From positions 1 through 45,076 of the IMG/VR virus record IMGVR_UViG_3300036856_000040: a stretch of DNA of 45,076 nt. One strand, 5' to 3'. Position numbers and translations under genes: made by a program. This stretch comes from a virus. Taxonomy: Duplodnaviria > Caudoviricetes. Below the pieces are notes generated by a model. The model did not search any database, was not told the DNA's origin, and saw only the letters and a program-made list of their open reading frames with translations. How positions within the stretch are numbered: the first letter of the stretch is position 1; the number at the start of each line of letters is the position of its first letter. Shown piece after piece: positions 24,262 to 33,047 of this stretch.

Positions 24262-26986
24262 CGAGACCCTCCGGTTTGACATCATCGGGAACGACCGGGG
24301 TTCCCGTGCGTTCACGACCGTCGGGGCGGCCGCCAAGGACATGGGTGGCAAGATGGACATCGCCGCCAAGCAGGCGGTGGTCCTGGATGAGGCCTTGCAG
24401 CGGCAGATGAAAGCCCAGCGGGCCAGCATCGATGCTTCCATCTCGCTGGCTAAGGCTGAGGACATTCTCACCGAGGCCGAGCACGGGCTCCGGGACGGGG
24501 CGCTTGAGGCTGAACTGGCGCTGAAGAAGGAAACCGAGGCCAAGAAGCAGTCCGGCCGGGCCGCCGACGAGGCCGCGGCGAAGAACAAGGGCCTCAAGGA
24601 CAGCATGAAGGGGCTGAGCCTCAACCCCGGGATCGCTGGCCCGGCGCTGCTGGCCGCCCCGATCGCCGCCAGTGTCGGCGGGGTGGCCGCGGGCGCCGCG
24701 ATCGGCGCGGGCGGCGCGGCCCTGGCCGGCGGGGCCGCGCTGGCCGCGTACGGGGCGGTGGCCAAGTCGGTGCTGTCCCAGGCGGCCACGGCCACGACAG
24801 CGGTCCAGAAGGCTCAGGACGCCTACAACGTGGCGATCGAGCACGGCACCAAGCAGGCCACGGCGTACAAGGCCGAGCAGCTCGCGATCATGAAGGCGTA
24901 TGCGGGCATGTCGCCCGCCCAGATCCAGCTGTCGAAGCAGCTCGGCGGTATCTCTGACCAGTGGGGCAAGTTCAAGACGTCGGTGACGCCGCTGATCGCC
25001 GGGTCGCTGCAGCCGTGGCTGAAGGGCATCACGACCGGGATCGGTGAGCTGGGCTCGATCCTGAAGCCGATGGCCCCGGTGGTGCACGAGCTGGGCACCC
25101 AGTTCGCGACGCTGATGGATTCGTCGACGATGCGGTCGTTCATGGCCTGGATCGGCACGACCGGCGCGGCGGCGACGAAGGCGGGCGGGAACGCCCTGAT
25201 CGATTTCCTGACCGGGGTGACGTTCCTGCTGCCCCAGTTCACGCCGCTGATTCACGGGGCGTCGGGTGAGCTGACCAAGTGGGCGGACGCGTTCGTGAAG
25301 TGGTCGGCGAGCAAGAAGGCCAGCGACGATATCACCGCGTTCCTGGGCTGGTTCAAGACGAACAGCCCGGCGGTCACGGGGCTGCTGAAGAACATCGGCG
25401 GGGCGCTGAAGGCCCTGTCGCCCGGGCTGGGCCCGGCGTCGGTGACCGAGCTGAACATCGTGTCGGGGTTTTTCGCGGCGATCGCGAAGCTGCCGCCGGG
25501 CCTGGCCAAGCCGCTGGTCGATGTGGCGGCGACGCTGCTGATCCTGAAGAAGGTCGGCGTCTTCGACGTCGGGATGAAGCTCGTCAGCAAGGACGGCGCG
25601 TTCGCTAAGACCAAGCTGGGCGAGGCGGTGCTCGGCGGGGCCACGTCCCTGATCCTGCCGGTCACGCTGACCGTCGCGGCGCTCACCGGCCTGTCCCAGA
25701 TCAAGGACAAGAAGGGCGGCGGCAGCCTGCTGGCCCCGAAGGCTGCCGACCTCGGCTACAACGGCAGCTGGGCGAAAGACATCACCCACTGGTGGGATGT
25801 TGTCGCCAACGACATCGGCGGCGTTCAGGTCCGGATACAGAATTCGGTTGTCGGCGCGGCTGATCACCTGCGGCACACGCTTTCCGGCGTGTATGACGGC
25901 ATCCGCCACGACACCTCCAGCATCTGGGACCTGACGTGGAACAACACCGTCGGCCGCCTGAACCGGGGCTCATCTGACACGCTGAAGATCCTGGGCGGCT
26001 GGCAGCACAACGTGTCCCACTGGTTCGACGTGACCCGCCACGACATCGCCGCGTCCTGGGACACGACCTGGAACAACACGGTCGGCCGGGTCTCTCGCGG
26101 CGTCGGCGACGTCGTGCACTGGATAGCGACGCTGCCGGGCCGGGCCGGGTCGGCGCTGGGCTCGCTCGGCTCAAGACTGTGGAGTATCGGCGACACCGCC
26201 CTGACCGACCTGTGGAAGGGCATGAAGGCCGGGGCGGGCGGCATCGGCAACTGGCTGTCCGGCTTCGCCAAGGGCGTCGTCGGGGTCTTCAAGAAGATCT
26301 GGGGCTGGTTCTCCCCGTCCCGGGTCATGTACGAGGGCGGCAAGTCCCTCATGGACGGCCTGGCCAACGGCATCAAGGACCACGCCCACAAAGCCCAGAG
26401 CGCCGCCAGCGGGGTCGCGAACGGGGTCGCGGCCAAGTCCGGTTCGGCGGCTGCGGCGCAGCGGTACGCCTCCTCGCTGCTGGCGCAGTACGGCTGGTCC
26501 CAGGCGCAGATGGGCCCGCTGATCGCCCTGTGGAACCAGGAGTCCGGCTGGAACGCCAACGCCGTCAACCCGTCCTCGGGTGCCTACGGCATCCCCCAGG
26601 CGCTCGGCAAGGGCCACCCGTTCAACCTCGGCGACTACGCCAACCAGGTGATCTGGGGCCTGAACTACATCCGGGGCCGGTATGGCTCCCCGGCCGCCGC
26701 CGAGGCGCACGAGCGGGCCTTCAACTGGTACGCCTCCGGCACCACGTCAGCGGCGCCCGGCTGGGCGTGGGTCGGTGAGCGCGGCCCGGAGCTGATGCAC
26801 TTCCGCGGCGGCGAGCAGGTGGTGCCCGCGAACCGGGCCCGGGCTGGCGGGGACGTCTACAACATCAACGTCACCGTGCCGCCGACCGTGAACCCGCGTG
26901 AGGCCGGGCGGCAGATCGCCGAACTGGTCACCACCCACATCAAGAGCGGCGGCCGCCTCTACCCGCAGGGCGTGACCCCCCGGTGA
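24254..26986 (+). CDS. Tape measure protein with C-terminal lytic transglycosylase domain
   Basis: 910 aa helical, Trp-periodic; SPSRV; LWNQESGWN.NAVNPSSGAYGIPQAL...WGLNYIRGRYG; VGERGPEL. Confidence 0.9.
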   Translation: MADETLRFDIIGNDRGSRAFTTVGAAAKDMGGKMDIAAKQAVVLDEALQRQMKAQRASIDASISLAKAEDILTEAEHGLRDGALEAELALKKETEAKKQSGRAADEAAAKNKGLKDSMKGLSLNPGIAGPALLAAPIAASVGGVAAGAAIGAGGAALAGGAALAAYGAVAKSVLSQAATATTAVQKAQDAYNVAIEHGTKQATAYKAEQLAIMKAYAGMSPAQIQLSKQLGGISDQWGKFKTSVTPLIAGSLQPWLKGITTGIGELGSILKPMAPVVHELGTQFATLMDSSTMRSFMAWIGTTGAAATKAGGNALIDFLTGVTFLLPQFTPLIHGASGELTKWADAFVKWSASKKASDDITAFLGWFKTNSPAVTGLLKNIGGALKALSPGLGPASVTELNIVSGFFAAIAKLPPGLAKPLVDVAATLLILKKVGVFDVGMKLVSKDGAFAKTKLGEAVLGGATSLILPVTLTVAALTGLSQIKDKKGGGSLLAPKAADLGYNGSWAKDITHWWDVVANDIGGVQVRIQNSVVGAADHLRHTLSGVYDGIRHDTSSIWDLTWNNTVGRLNRGSSDTLKILGGWQHNVSHWFDVTRHDIAASWDTTWNNTVGRVSRGVGDVVHWIATLPGRAGSALGSLGSRLWSIGDTALTDLWKGMKAGAGGIGNWLSGFAKGVVGVFKKIWGWFSPSRVMYEGGKSLMDGLANGIKDHAHKAQSAASGVANGVAAKSGSAAAAQRYASSLLAQYGWSQAQMGPLIALWNQESGWNANAVNPSSGAYGIPQALGKGHPFNLGDYANQVIWGLNYIRGRYGSPAAAEAHERAFNWYASGTTSAAPGWAWVGERGPELMHFRGGEQVVPANRARAGGDVYNINVTVPPTVNPREAGRQIAELVTTHIKSGGRLYPQGVTPR

Positions 26987-28314
26987 CGTCGCTGCCGGTC
27001 CTGCCGCAGATCATCGTCGAGGCGGGTGTTGAGCCGGACTCGCCGACCGGGCAGGCCAGCACGGTCCTGCGCCTCTCCGACGCCGTGAACGGGAAGCTGG
27101 ACACGGCCACGCTGGGCACGTCGATCGGCTGGGCGGACATCTCCCAGTGGGTGATCGGCTTCACGGTCACCCGGCCGTCGTCGCGGCTGATGGGGCCGCT
27201 GTGGAACTACCAGGCGGGCACGGTCTCGATCGTCCTGGACAACTCCGACGGCCGCTTCGACCCGGACAACCTGTCCGGGCCGTACGTGGTCGCCGGGGTG
27301 ACCCAGCTGACCGCGATGGTCCCGATCCGGGTCCGGGCCAACTTCGCGGGGCTGGCCTACCCGCTGTACCTGGGGTTCGCCGACGGGTGGCTGCCCGCCG
27401 CCGTCACCTACGAAGGCGGCTACACCGAGCTCACCTTGCCCGCCACGGATGCGTTCAAGGTGCTCGCCGGGGTCACGCTGGCCACGACCGCGGCCGAGGG
27501 GATCGGCGCGACCACCGGTGAGCGGGTCAGTGACATCCTGACCCGGTCCGGCTGGTACACCTCCGGCGAATGGCTCGACGTCGGGGCCGGGAACTCCACG
27601 CTGCAGGGCACCACGCTCGGCGCTGACGCCCTGTCCCTGATGCAGATCGCCGTGGACTCCGAGATCGGCCAGCTGTACGTGAGCGGCTCCGGCGCGGTCA
27701 CGTTCCGGGGGCGGCAGTCGATCCTCACCGACACCCGCTCAGCCAGCGTCCAGGCCGTGTTCGGGGACCTGCCCGGCACGAGTCACTCGGCGGGCACCGA
27801 GCTGGCGTGCGAGGAGATCGACCGGGCCAGCGACGACACGACGATCGCCAACGACGTCCAGGCCACCTGTGCCGGCGGGACGCTGCAGGAAGTGCAGGAC
27901 ACCGCGTCGATCATCAAATACCTGTTCCCCCGCACGTACGCCCGCACGGACCTGATCCTGCTGGCCGACTCGGACGCCCTGAACTGGGCGCAGTGGGTGC
28001 TGTACATCGCCAAGAGCGGCGAGGACCGGTTCGAGTCGCTGTCGATCGACCCGGCCGCCGACCCGCAGAATCTGTGGCCGCAGGTGCTGGGCCGGGAGAT
28101 CGGCGACCGGATCCAGGTGTGGCACCGGCCCGCGTCGGTGACCACGCCGATCAGCAAGGACTGTTTCATCACCGGGATCACCCACGCCTGGGACTCGGTG
28201 GCGTCGTCGTGGCTGACGACGTGGACGCTGCAGGACGCCTCCAAATACGGCAGCTTCCTGACCTTGGACAACACGTCGCTGGGCCGCCTCAACTTCAACG
28301 CGCTCACCTACTGA
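26983..28314 (+). CDS. Minor tail/baseplate hub protein
   Basis: AGTVSIVLDNSDGRFDP, EIGDRI, ITGITH; follows TMP. Confidence 0.8.
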   Translation: MTSLPVLPQIIVEAGVEPDSPTGQASTVLRLSDAVNGKLDTATLGTSIGWADISQWVIGFTVTRPSSRLMGPLWNYQAGTVSIVLDNSDGRFDPDNLSGPYVVAGVTQLTAMVPIRVRANFAGLAYPLYLGFADGWLPAAVTYEGGYTELTLPATDAFKVLAGVTLATTAAEGIGATTGERVSDILTRSGWYTSGEWLDVGAGNSTLQGTTLGADALSLMQIAVDSEIGQLYVSGSGAVTFRGRQSILTDTRSASVQAVFGDLPGTSHSAGTELACEEIDRASDDTTIANDVQATCAGGTLQEVQDTASIIKYLFPRTYARTDLILLADSDALNWAQWVLYIAKSGEDRFESLSIDPAADPQNLWPQVLGREIGDRIQVWHRPASVTTPISKDCFITGITHAWDSVASSWLTTWTLQDASKYGSFLTLDNTSLGRLNFNALTY

Positions 28315-28326
28315 GGAGTAACCCTC

Positions 28327-28845
28327 GTGCCACCTACCTGGTCTGTCGGGCAGGTTCTTTCCGCGTCCGACGTGAACAGCTGGTTCGTCGCGCAGAGCGT
28401 GGTCAAGCAGGCTGACGAGTCGGTGACCAGCTCCACGACCCTGCAGTTCGACAATGACCTGACCGTGCCGATCGTGGCCAACGCCTCCTACATCTTCAGC
28501 TGCTACCTGAACTACGAGGGCAACACCCCCACCAACGGTGACCTGAAGTGGGTGTGGGTCCTGCCGACCGGGGCGCTGCTGCGGTACAACCCCGTCTACA
28601 CGAACGCGACCTCGACGCTGAACGTGTCGATCGGCACCACCGTGGCCGGGTCCACGGTCATGACCGGGATCCTGGCGGCGGGCACGAACGGGGCCGGGAA
28701 CCTGCGCGGCATGACCATGACGGGCAGCCTGATCGTCGGCTCCACACCGGGCAGCCTGAGCCTGCAGTGGGCGCAGAACACCTCGTCGGGGACGGCGACG
28801 ACGATCCACGCCCAGTCGACGCTGTCCCTGATCCGGGTGTCGTGA
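28327..28845 (+). CDS. Minor tail/tail tip protein
   Basis: PTWSVGQVLSASDVN, K.ADESVTSSTTLQ.D..L, LQWAQNTS. Confidence 0.75.
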   Translation: MPPTWSVGQVLSASDVNSWFVAQSVVKQADESVTSSTTLQFDNDLTVPIVANASYIFSCYLNYEGNTPTNGDLKWVWVLPTGALLRYNPVYTNATSTLNVSIGTTVAGSTVMTGILAAGTNGAGNLRGMTMTGSLIVGSTPGSLSLQWAQNTSSGTATTIHAQSTLSLIRVS

Positions 28846-29219
28846 CGACCCTGGCTGACCTGGGCGCCGGGCAGGCGTTCATGTTCGTCGCCCAGGTCAC
28901 GGCGATCGACTCCGCGGGCACGCACCTGTCGCTGTTCGGCCCGGCCAGCGCGGCGGGCGGGAGCGCCCTCATGGACTCCAGCGGGGCCCTGTCGGGACAG
29001 CTGACCAGCCCCGCCGATCAGATCCCGGTGACGGTCGTCACCGAGTTCGTGACCGTCTCCGCCGGTGACGTGCTGGCCAGTAATGCGACCGGGCAGACGA
29101 TGGTGGCCCGCGCGGTCACCGTGCAGCCGGACGGCACCTACCAGTGGTCACCGGCCCCGGCCGGGGGCGTCATCTACAAGACGGACGGCTGGTCGATCAT
29201 CGGTCACGTGGATCTCTAG
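28842..29219 (+). CDS. Hypothetical tail-region protein
   Basis: GTGA overlap; high GC3. Confidence 0.65.
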   Translation: MTTLADLGAGQAFMFVAQVTAIDSAGTHLSLFGPASAAGGSALMDSSGALSGQLTSPADQIPVTVVTEFVTVSAGDVLASNATGQTMVARAVTVQPDGTYQWSPAPAGGVIYKTDGWSIIGHVDL

Positions 29220-29371
29220 ACCGCCGCGGTATCGCTGCTCAGCGTGTACCAGACATCACAGTCCGGACAGTGGTGGTGAGCGGCGTGGCCGCGTCCCTGA
29301 TCGCACGTGCACTTCGGGCAATACACCGGGTCGCGCGGGATGAATTCAGCCGCGCACGTCGCCTCATCCAT
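29216..29371 (-). CDS. 51-aa Cys/His-rich protein (antisense moron)
   Basis: MDEATCAAEFIPRDPVYCPKCTCDQGRGHAAHHHCPDCDVWYTLSSDTAAV*; TGn-GACGAT 6 nt before the ATG. Confidence 0.55.
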   Translation of the reverse strand: MDEATCAAEFIPRDPVYCPKCTCDQGRGHAAHHHCPDCDVWYTLSSDTAAV

Positions 29372-29401
29372 TCCCGCATCGTCTCACCACAGGAGGCCAG
29401 C

Positions 29402-29701
29402 ATGGCCACGCCGGTCGAAACCAAGGTCAAGGCCTCATCCGCCGCGGCCGCCCTGGCAGGGCTAGCCCTGTGGGCATTGGGCCGATACATATTCAAGGGC
29501 ACCGTCCCTGACGTGGTGGCGTCCTGGGTGTACGTGATCGTGCCCGCCGTCATCACGTTCGCCGCGGGCTACCTGGCCAAGCACACGAACCGGCCGTCTC
29601 CTTTGGTCCCGCTGAGCATCGGCCAGGACAGCGTCACGCTGGCCAGCCCCAGCACCAAGGATGCGCCAGCTGCGCCCGTGCCGCCGCAGGCAGGCCCCTG
29701 A
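29402..29701 (+). CDS. Holin
   Basis: AGGAGG SD; PVETKVKA, two TM segments, TFAAGYLAKHT. Confidence 0.75.
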   Translation: MATPVETKVKASSAAAALAGLALWALGRYIFKGTVPDVVASWVYVIVPAVITFAAGYLAKHTNRPSPLVPLSIGQDSVTLASPSTKDAPAAPVPPQAGP

Positions 29702-30213
29702 TGACCGAGGACGCGGCCGTGGCCGCGCACGCGGCGGGCCAGTCGCATCACTACCTGATGCACTTCCCGCCCCACCCGGCCAGGACCGCCGACCCGCACT
29801 ACGTGGACTTCAACGCCTACCACAAGGCCCACCGGGCCACCGCCCGCTGCTACATCGGCGAGCGCATCGGCTTCGGCGACTGCATGGACGCCCAGATGCG
29901 GCCCTGCCCGCCACCGGCCAGCGGCGGCCAGCAGCCGGGGCTCGAGCTGCATCACGCCCACGTCGAGTTCAGCTTGCAGAACGGCGTGTCCCTGGCCGCG
30001 CTCGAGCGGGACTATCCGGGAATCTCCGATCCGGACCAGGTCGGCGCGTGGATCGAGACCGAAGCGAACTTCCGGTGGCTGTGCGCGTGGCATCACCGCG
30101 GCGCGGCCGGAGCCCACACGGCCAGCCACAGCGACTGGGAGGCCGGCCAGTACGTGCTGGGCCTCATCACCAAGACACCGCAGACGCCAGCGCCTGAAGG
30201 GGCGGGAATGTGA
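29701..30213 (+). CDS. His-rich HNH-like protein in lysis cassette
   Basis: FPPHPART.DPHY, LELHHAHVEF, NFRWLCAWHHRG. Confidence 0.6.
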   Translation: MTEDAAVAAHAAGQSHHYLMHFPPHPARTADPHYVDFNAYHKAHRATARCYIGERIGFGDCMDAQMRPCPPPASGGQQPGLELHHAHVEFSLQNGVSLAALERDYPGISDPDQVGAWIETEANFRWLCAWHHRGAAGAHTASHSDWEAGQYVLGLITKTPQTPAPEGAGM

Positions 30214-30722
30214 TGACCCTCCCCGCCACCCTGAAGCCCGGCAACTACGGCGTCTCCCACGGCTCCGGGATGGTCGGCGAGCTCATCCGGCACGCCACCG
30301 AGTCCTGGGCCGGGCACGCCTTCGTCTACGTCGGCGACGGCATGATCGTCGAGGGTGCGCCGCCAGCGACCCGGCTGGCCCCGGCCTCATCCCACAGCGA
30401 CGCCGTGTGGAACCTGGACGACCCGCTCACCGACGCCCAGAGGACCGCGATCGTCGCCCGGGCCCACGCCCTCGTCGGCACCCCGTACGACTACGCCGCC
30501 TACATCGGGTTCGCGCTGGAGGTGCTCGGCCTGAAGACCGGCAAACAGCTCGACCCCGTGTTCCGCCGCGACGAGTGGCGGGTGTGCTCCGCCGACGTCG
30601 CCGACGAATACGCCTTCGCCAAGATCGACCTGACGGCCGGGCTGAAATACCCGAACCTGGTCTCCCCGGCCGACCTGTACAACCGCATCGCCCGGCAGAA
30701 CACGGCACCGGCTGCGCCCTGA
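30210..30722 (+). CDS. Permuted NlpC/P60 (YiiX/YebB-like) papain-fold enzyme
   Basis: His motif WAGHAFVY precedes GTPYD and Cys motif VCSADV, then SPADL. Confidence 0.75.
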   Translation: MMTLPATLKPGNYGVSHGSGMVGELIRHATESWAGHAFVYVGDGMIVEGAPPATRLAPASSHSDAVWNLDDPLTDAQRTAIVARAHALVGTPYDYAAYIGFALEVLGLKTGKQLDPVFRRDEWRVCSADVADEYAFAKIDLTAGLKYPNLVSPADLYNRIARQNTAPAAP

Positions 30723-30828
30723 CCAGCAGGGAGATCACACGGGCGGGCGGCACCCCGCCGCGCCCGGCCGCAGAGAGGACACCCAGACCCCGTGTTCGCC
30801 CTGACTCAGTGCGAGAAGGAAGGGTGAC

Positions 30829-31107
30829 GTGCCGGCATGGCCAACGCTGAGGGACATCGGGATCACCGGTACGGGACTCGCGATCGTCTGGTCTCAGTTG
30901 CTGCTGTGGGCGGCGGCGGGCCGTACCCCGTCGGACGTCCTGCTGGCAGTGGGCCTCGGCATGCTCACCCCGACAGCCGCAGCCCACGTCAAGACGGTGC
31001 TCGGCGCGACCGTGTCCGGTCCTGGCTCATCCTCATCGCCATCGGAGCCACCCTCGCCGCCGTCGCCGACGCCATCTGCGCTTCCGGAGGTGGGCACTGG
31101 TGAGTGA
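30829..31107 (+). CDS. Membrane protein (2 TM, Ser/Pro tail)
   Basis: AAGGAAGGG SD; hydrophobic segments. Confidence 0.65.
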   Translation: MPAWPTLRDIGITGTGLAIVWSQLLLWAAAGRTPSDVLLAVGLGMLTPTAAAHVKTVLGATVSGPGSSSSPSEPPSPPSPTPSALPEVGTGE

Positions 31108-31450
31108 GGAGCGCGGCCCGCAGGGCGAGACCGGGGCGACCGGGGCGACCGGCGAGGCGGGGATGCCCCGCAATGTCCGCCGCGCCATCGTCTGGCTGTT
31201 CGCCCTGTCCGTGGTCCTCGCGGCCACCAGCATCCTGTTCACCGTCGGTTTCATCGGCTGGCAGAACTCTCATCAGCGCGCCACCCAGGCCAAGGCCGCG
31301 ATCCCGGTGTGCATGGCGCTGCAGCACCTCGCCCGGGTCAAGGGCACCCACGGCGACTCCGGGGCCACCTATGGCGCGAACCTGCAGCAGGCGTTCCAGC
31401 AGGTGTACGCGGCCACCGGATGCCCGATGATCATGAAGGGAAAGCCATGA
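31100..31450 (+). CDS. Membrane protein with short N-terminal Gly-X-Y repeat
   Basis: GPQGETGATGATGEAG, one TM, two Cys. Confidence 0.65.
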   Translation: MSEERGPQGETGATGATGEAGMPRNVRRAIVWLFALSVVLAATSILFTVGFIGWQNSHQRATQAKAAIPVCMALQHLARVKGTHGDSGATYGANLQQAFQQVYAATGCPMIMKGKP

Positions 31451-32205
31451 CCCTGACCATGGCCGATTCGATCACCCCCACCAACCTGCCCGCCGGATAT
31501 GACGCCTACCTCGGCTACGTCGATGGCCACTGGCCCACGGCGGCCGCCCTGAAGCGGCGGTTCCCCGGCTCCCGCATCCTCACCCTGACCGTGCTCGGCG
31601 GCAACGCCGTGGCCGACGGCTGCGACCGGGAACCGGGCGACCTGAGCCCGGCGACCGCGGCGGCCTGGGCGCACGGCAGGCTCGCCGCTGGCGCGGTGCT
31701 GCCGGTCGTGTACGCGAGCGCGTCGGCGATGGGCGGCGTCCTGGAGGCGCTGATCGCCCGGGGGATAGCCCGGGCCGAGGTGCGCCTGCTGTCCGCCCAC
31801 TACGGCGGCGGCCGTCACATCTGCGGGCCCGCCACCTGCCGCCTGACCAGCGTGGCCATGGACGGCACCCAGTGGACCGATTCCGCGCCCGGCGTCGGCG
31901 GGACCCGCATCGACGCCTCGCTGCTGTCCGCTGACTTCTTCGGCGCCCACGCCCCCACGCCCCCCACCTCATCCTCGTGGCAGGAGACGATCATGAACGC
32001 ACTCCCCGAAGTGAAGCAGCCCAACTACGGCCCGGCCGTCCGGACCGTCCAGGGCCTGCTGCTGGCCCGGGGCTGCAGCCTCACCCTCGACGGCGTGTTC
32101 GGGCCGGCCACGGAGACGACGCTGAAGCGGTTCCAGGGCAGCGCACATCTGAGCGCTGACGGGGTCGTGGGGCCGCTCACGTACGCGGCGCTGCTGGACG
32201 TGTAG
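31447..32205 (+). CDS. Endolysin: GH25-like catalytic domain plus peptidoglycan-binding domain
   Basis: GYVDG, CDREPGD, PVVYAS, SAHY, GTQWTD; C-terminal GPAVRTVQGLL..DGVFGPAT...FQ...ADGVVGPLT. Confidence 0.8.
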   Translation: MTLTMADSITPTNLPAGYDAYLGYVDGHWPTAAALKRRFPGSRILTLTVLGGNAVADGCDREPGDLSPATAAAWAHGRLAAGAVLPVVYASASAMGGVLEALIARGIARAEVRLLSAHYGGGRHICGPATCRLTSVAMDGTQWTDSAPGVGGTRIDASLLSADFFGAHAPTPPTSSSWQETIMNALPEVKQPNYGPAVRTVQGLLLARGCSLTLDGVFGPATETTLKRFQGSAHLSADGVVGPLTYAALLDV

Positions 32206-32396
32206 TTGCTACGCTGAGCCAGCGGGAAGGTGCTCGCACTTCGCAGTGCGGTAGCTGGACGCCGAGGCTGTGCACGGCCGGAGCGGACGACATAAATGGC
32301 CCGGGCGGCAGCCTAACCCGCACTCATTCTTGACTGCCAGGTAGCGGAGATCGGCACCGCAGCGGCGTGGCCCCGGCCGTACGCCACGGGACACAG

Positions 32397-32432
32397 AAGC
32401 CCCCGTCACCCGTTCAGGGTGGCGGGGGCTTT
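32397..32432. terminator. Bidirectional terminator-like hairpin ending the late operon
   Basis: AAGCCCCCGTCACCC-GTTCA-GGGTGGCGGGGGCTTT. Confidence 0.7.
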
Positions 32433-32451
32433 CTGCATGCGGCTGGGCTGC

Positions 32452-32670
32452 TCAGCTTCTGCCGGATGCCGAAGAGCCAGTAGGGATGCGTAGCGACAAC
32501 CGCTTGTGCTCCTCCGCACACGCCACGGCCTCCTTGGTGCCGGTGTGCTTGTGCGGGCACGCCCACCGCACCTCGCTGCTGTGGCGCAGCACACCCTGAT
32601 AGCTCCTGTGCTCGGCGTATCCATCGGGCCGCAGATTGTTCCGCCAGCCCGGCCAAATCGTGTCGTCCAT
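32452..32670 (-). CDS. Hypothetical protein with CPHKH...AC motif
   Basis: GGAGG/GAGGGG SD; WACPHKHTGTKEAVACA. Confidence 0.55.
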   Translation of the reverse strand: MDDTIWPGWRNNLRPDGYAEHRSYQGVLRHSSEVRWACPHKHTGTKEAVACAEEHKRLSLRIPTGSSASGRS

Positions 32671-32700
32671 GCCCCTCATCCTCCCTGAGATAATGGCCCT

Positions 32701-32862
32701 ATGGCCACCGACGTCATCCCCTCGCCGCTCCCCGACCTGAGCGGCCTCACCCTCACCCAGCTCGCCGCCCTGCCCACCATCGGCGAAGTCCTCGCCCACA
32801 TGAACCAGGACGGCACCGTCAGCGTGCCCCGCAAGCGGCGCGGCTTCAACTCGGCGATCTAA
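32701..32862 (+). CDS. fxsA: FxSxx-COOH (FxsA-like) RiPP precursor peptide, 53 aa
   Basis: MATDVIPSPLPDLSGLTLTQLAAL...RKRRGFNSAI*; leader LPDLSGL.L..L and terminal F-x-S-x-x; TGn-GATAAT 6 nt upstream. Confidence 0.8.
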   Translation: MATDVIPSPLPDLSGLTLTQLAALPTIGEVLAHMNQDGTVSVPRKRRGFNSAI

Positions 32863-32920
32863 GCGGCCAGCCGGGCACCCGGCCTCCATGGCTGGGCCGG
32901 GTGCCCTACTGGCCGGTCAG

Positions 32921-33040
32921 CTACTTGCCCTTGTTCTGGATGAGGTCGCCGCCGACGACGTTGCCGACCGCGATCTGGTTGCCGCTCTCGTCTTCGCCGT
33001 CGGCCTGCTCGACCGGCTTGCCGTTGATCGTGACCTTCAT
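32921..33040 (-). CDS. 39-aa microprotein
   Basis: MKVTINGKPVEQADGEDESGNQIAVGNVVGGDLIQNKGK*; high GC3. Confidence 0.6.
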   Translation of the reverse strand: MKVTINGKPVEQADGEDESGNQIAVGNVVGGDLIQNKGK

Positions 33041-33047
33041 GGCCTGG

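Noticed and set aside
25900-26100. RHD...WD.TWNNTVGR repeats in the TMP
   Set aside because: Ordinary Trp-periodic tape measure repeats.
32209-32409. 66-aa minus-strand Cys-containing ORF after the endolysin
   Set aside because: Its start lies inside the terminator hairpin, there is no SD, and codon usage is atypical; cannot be supported.
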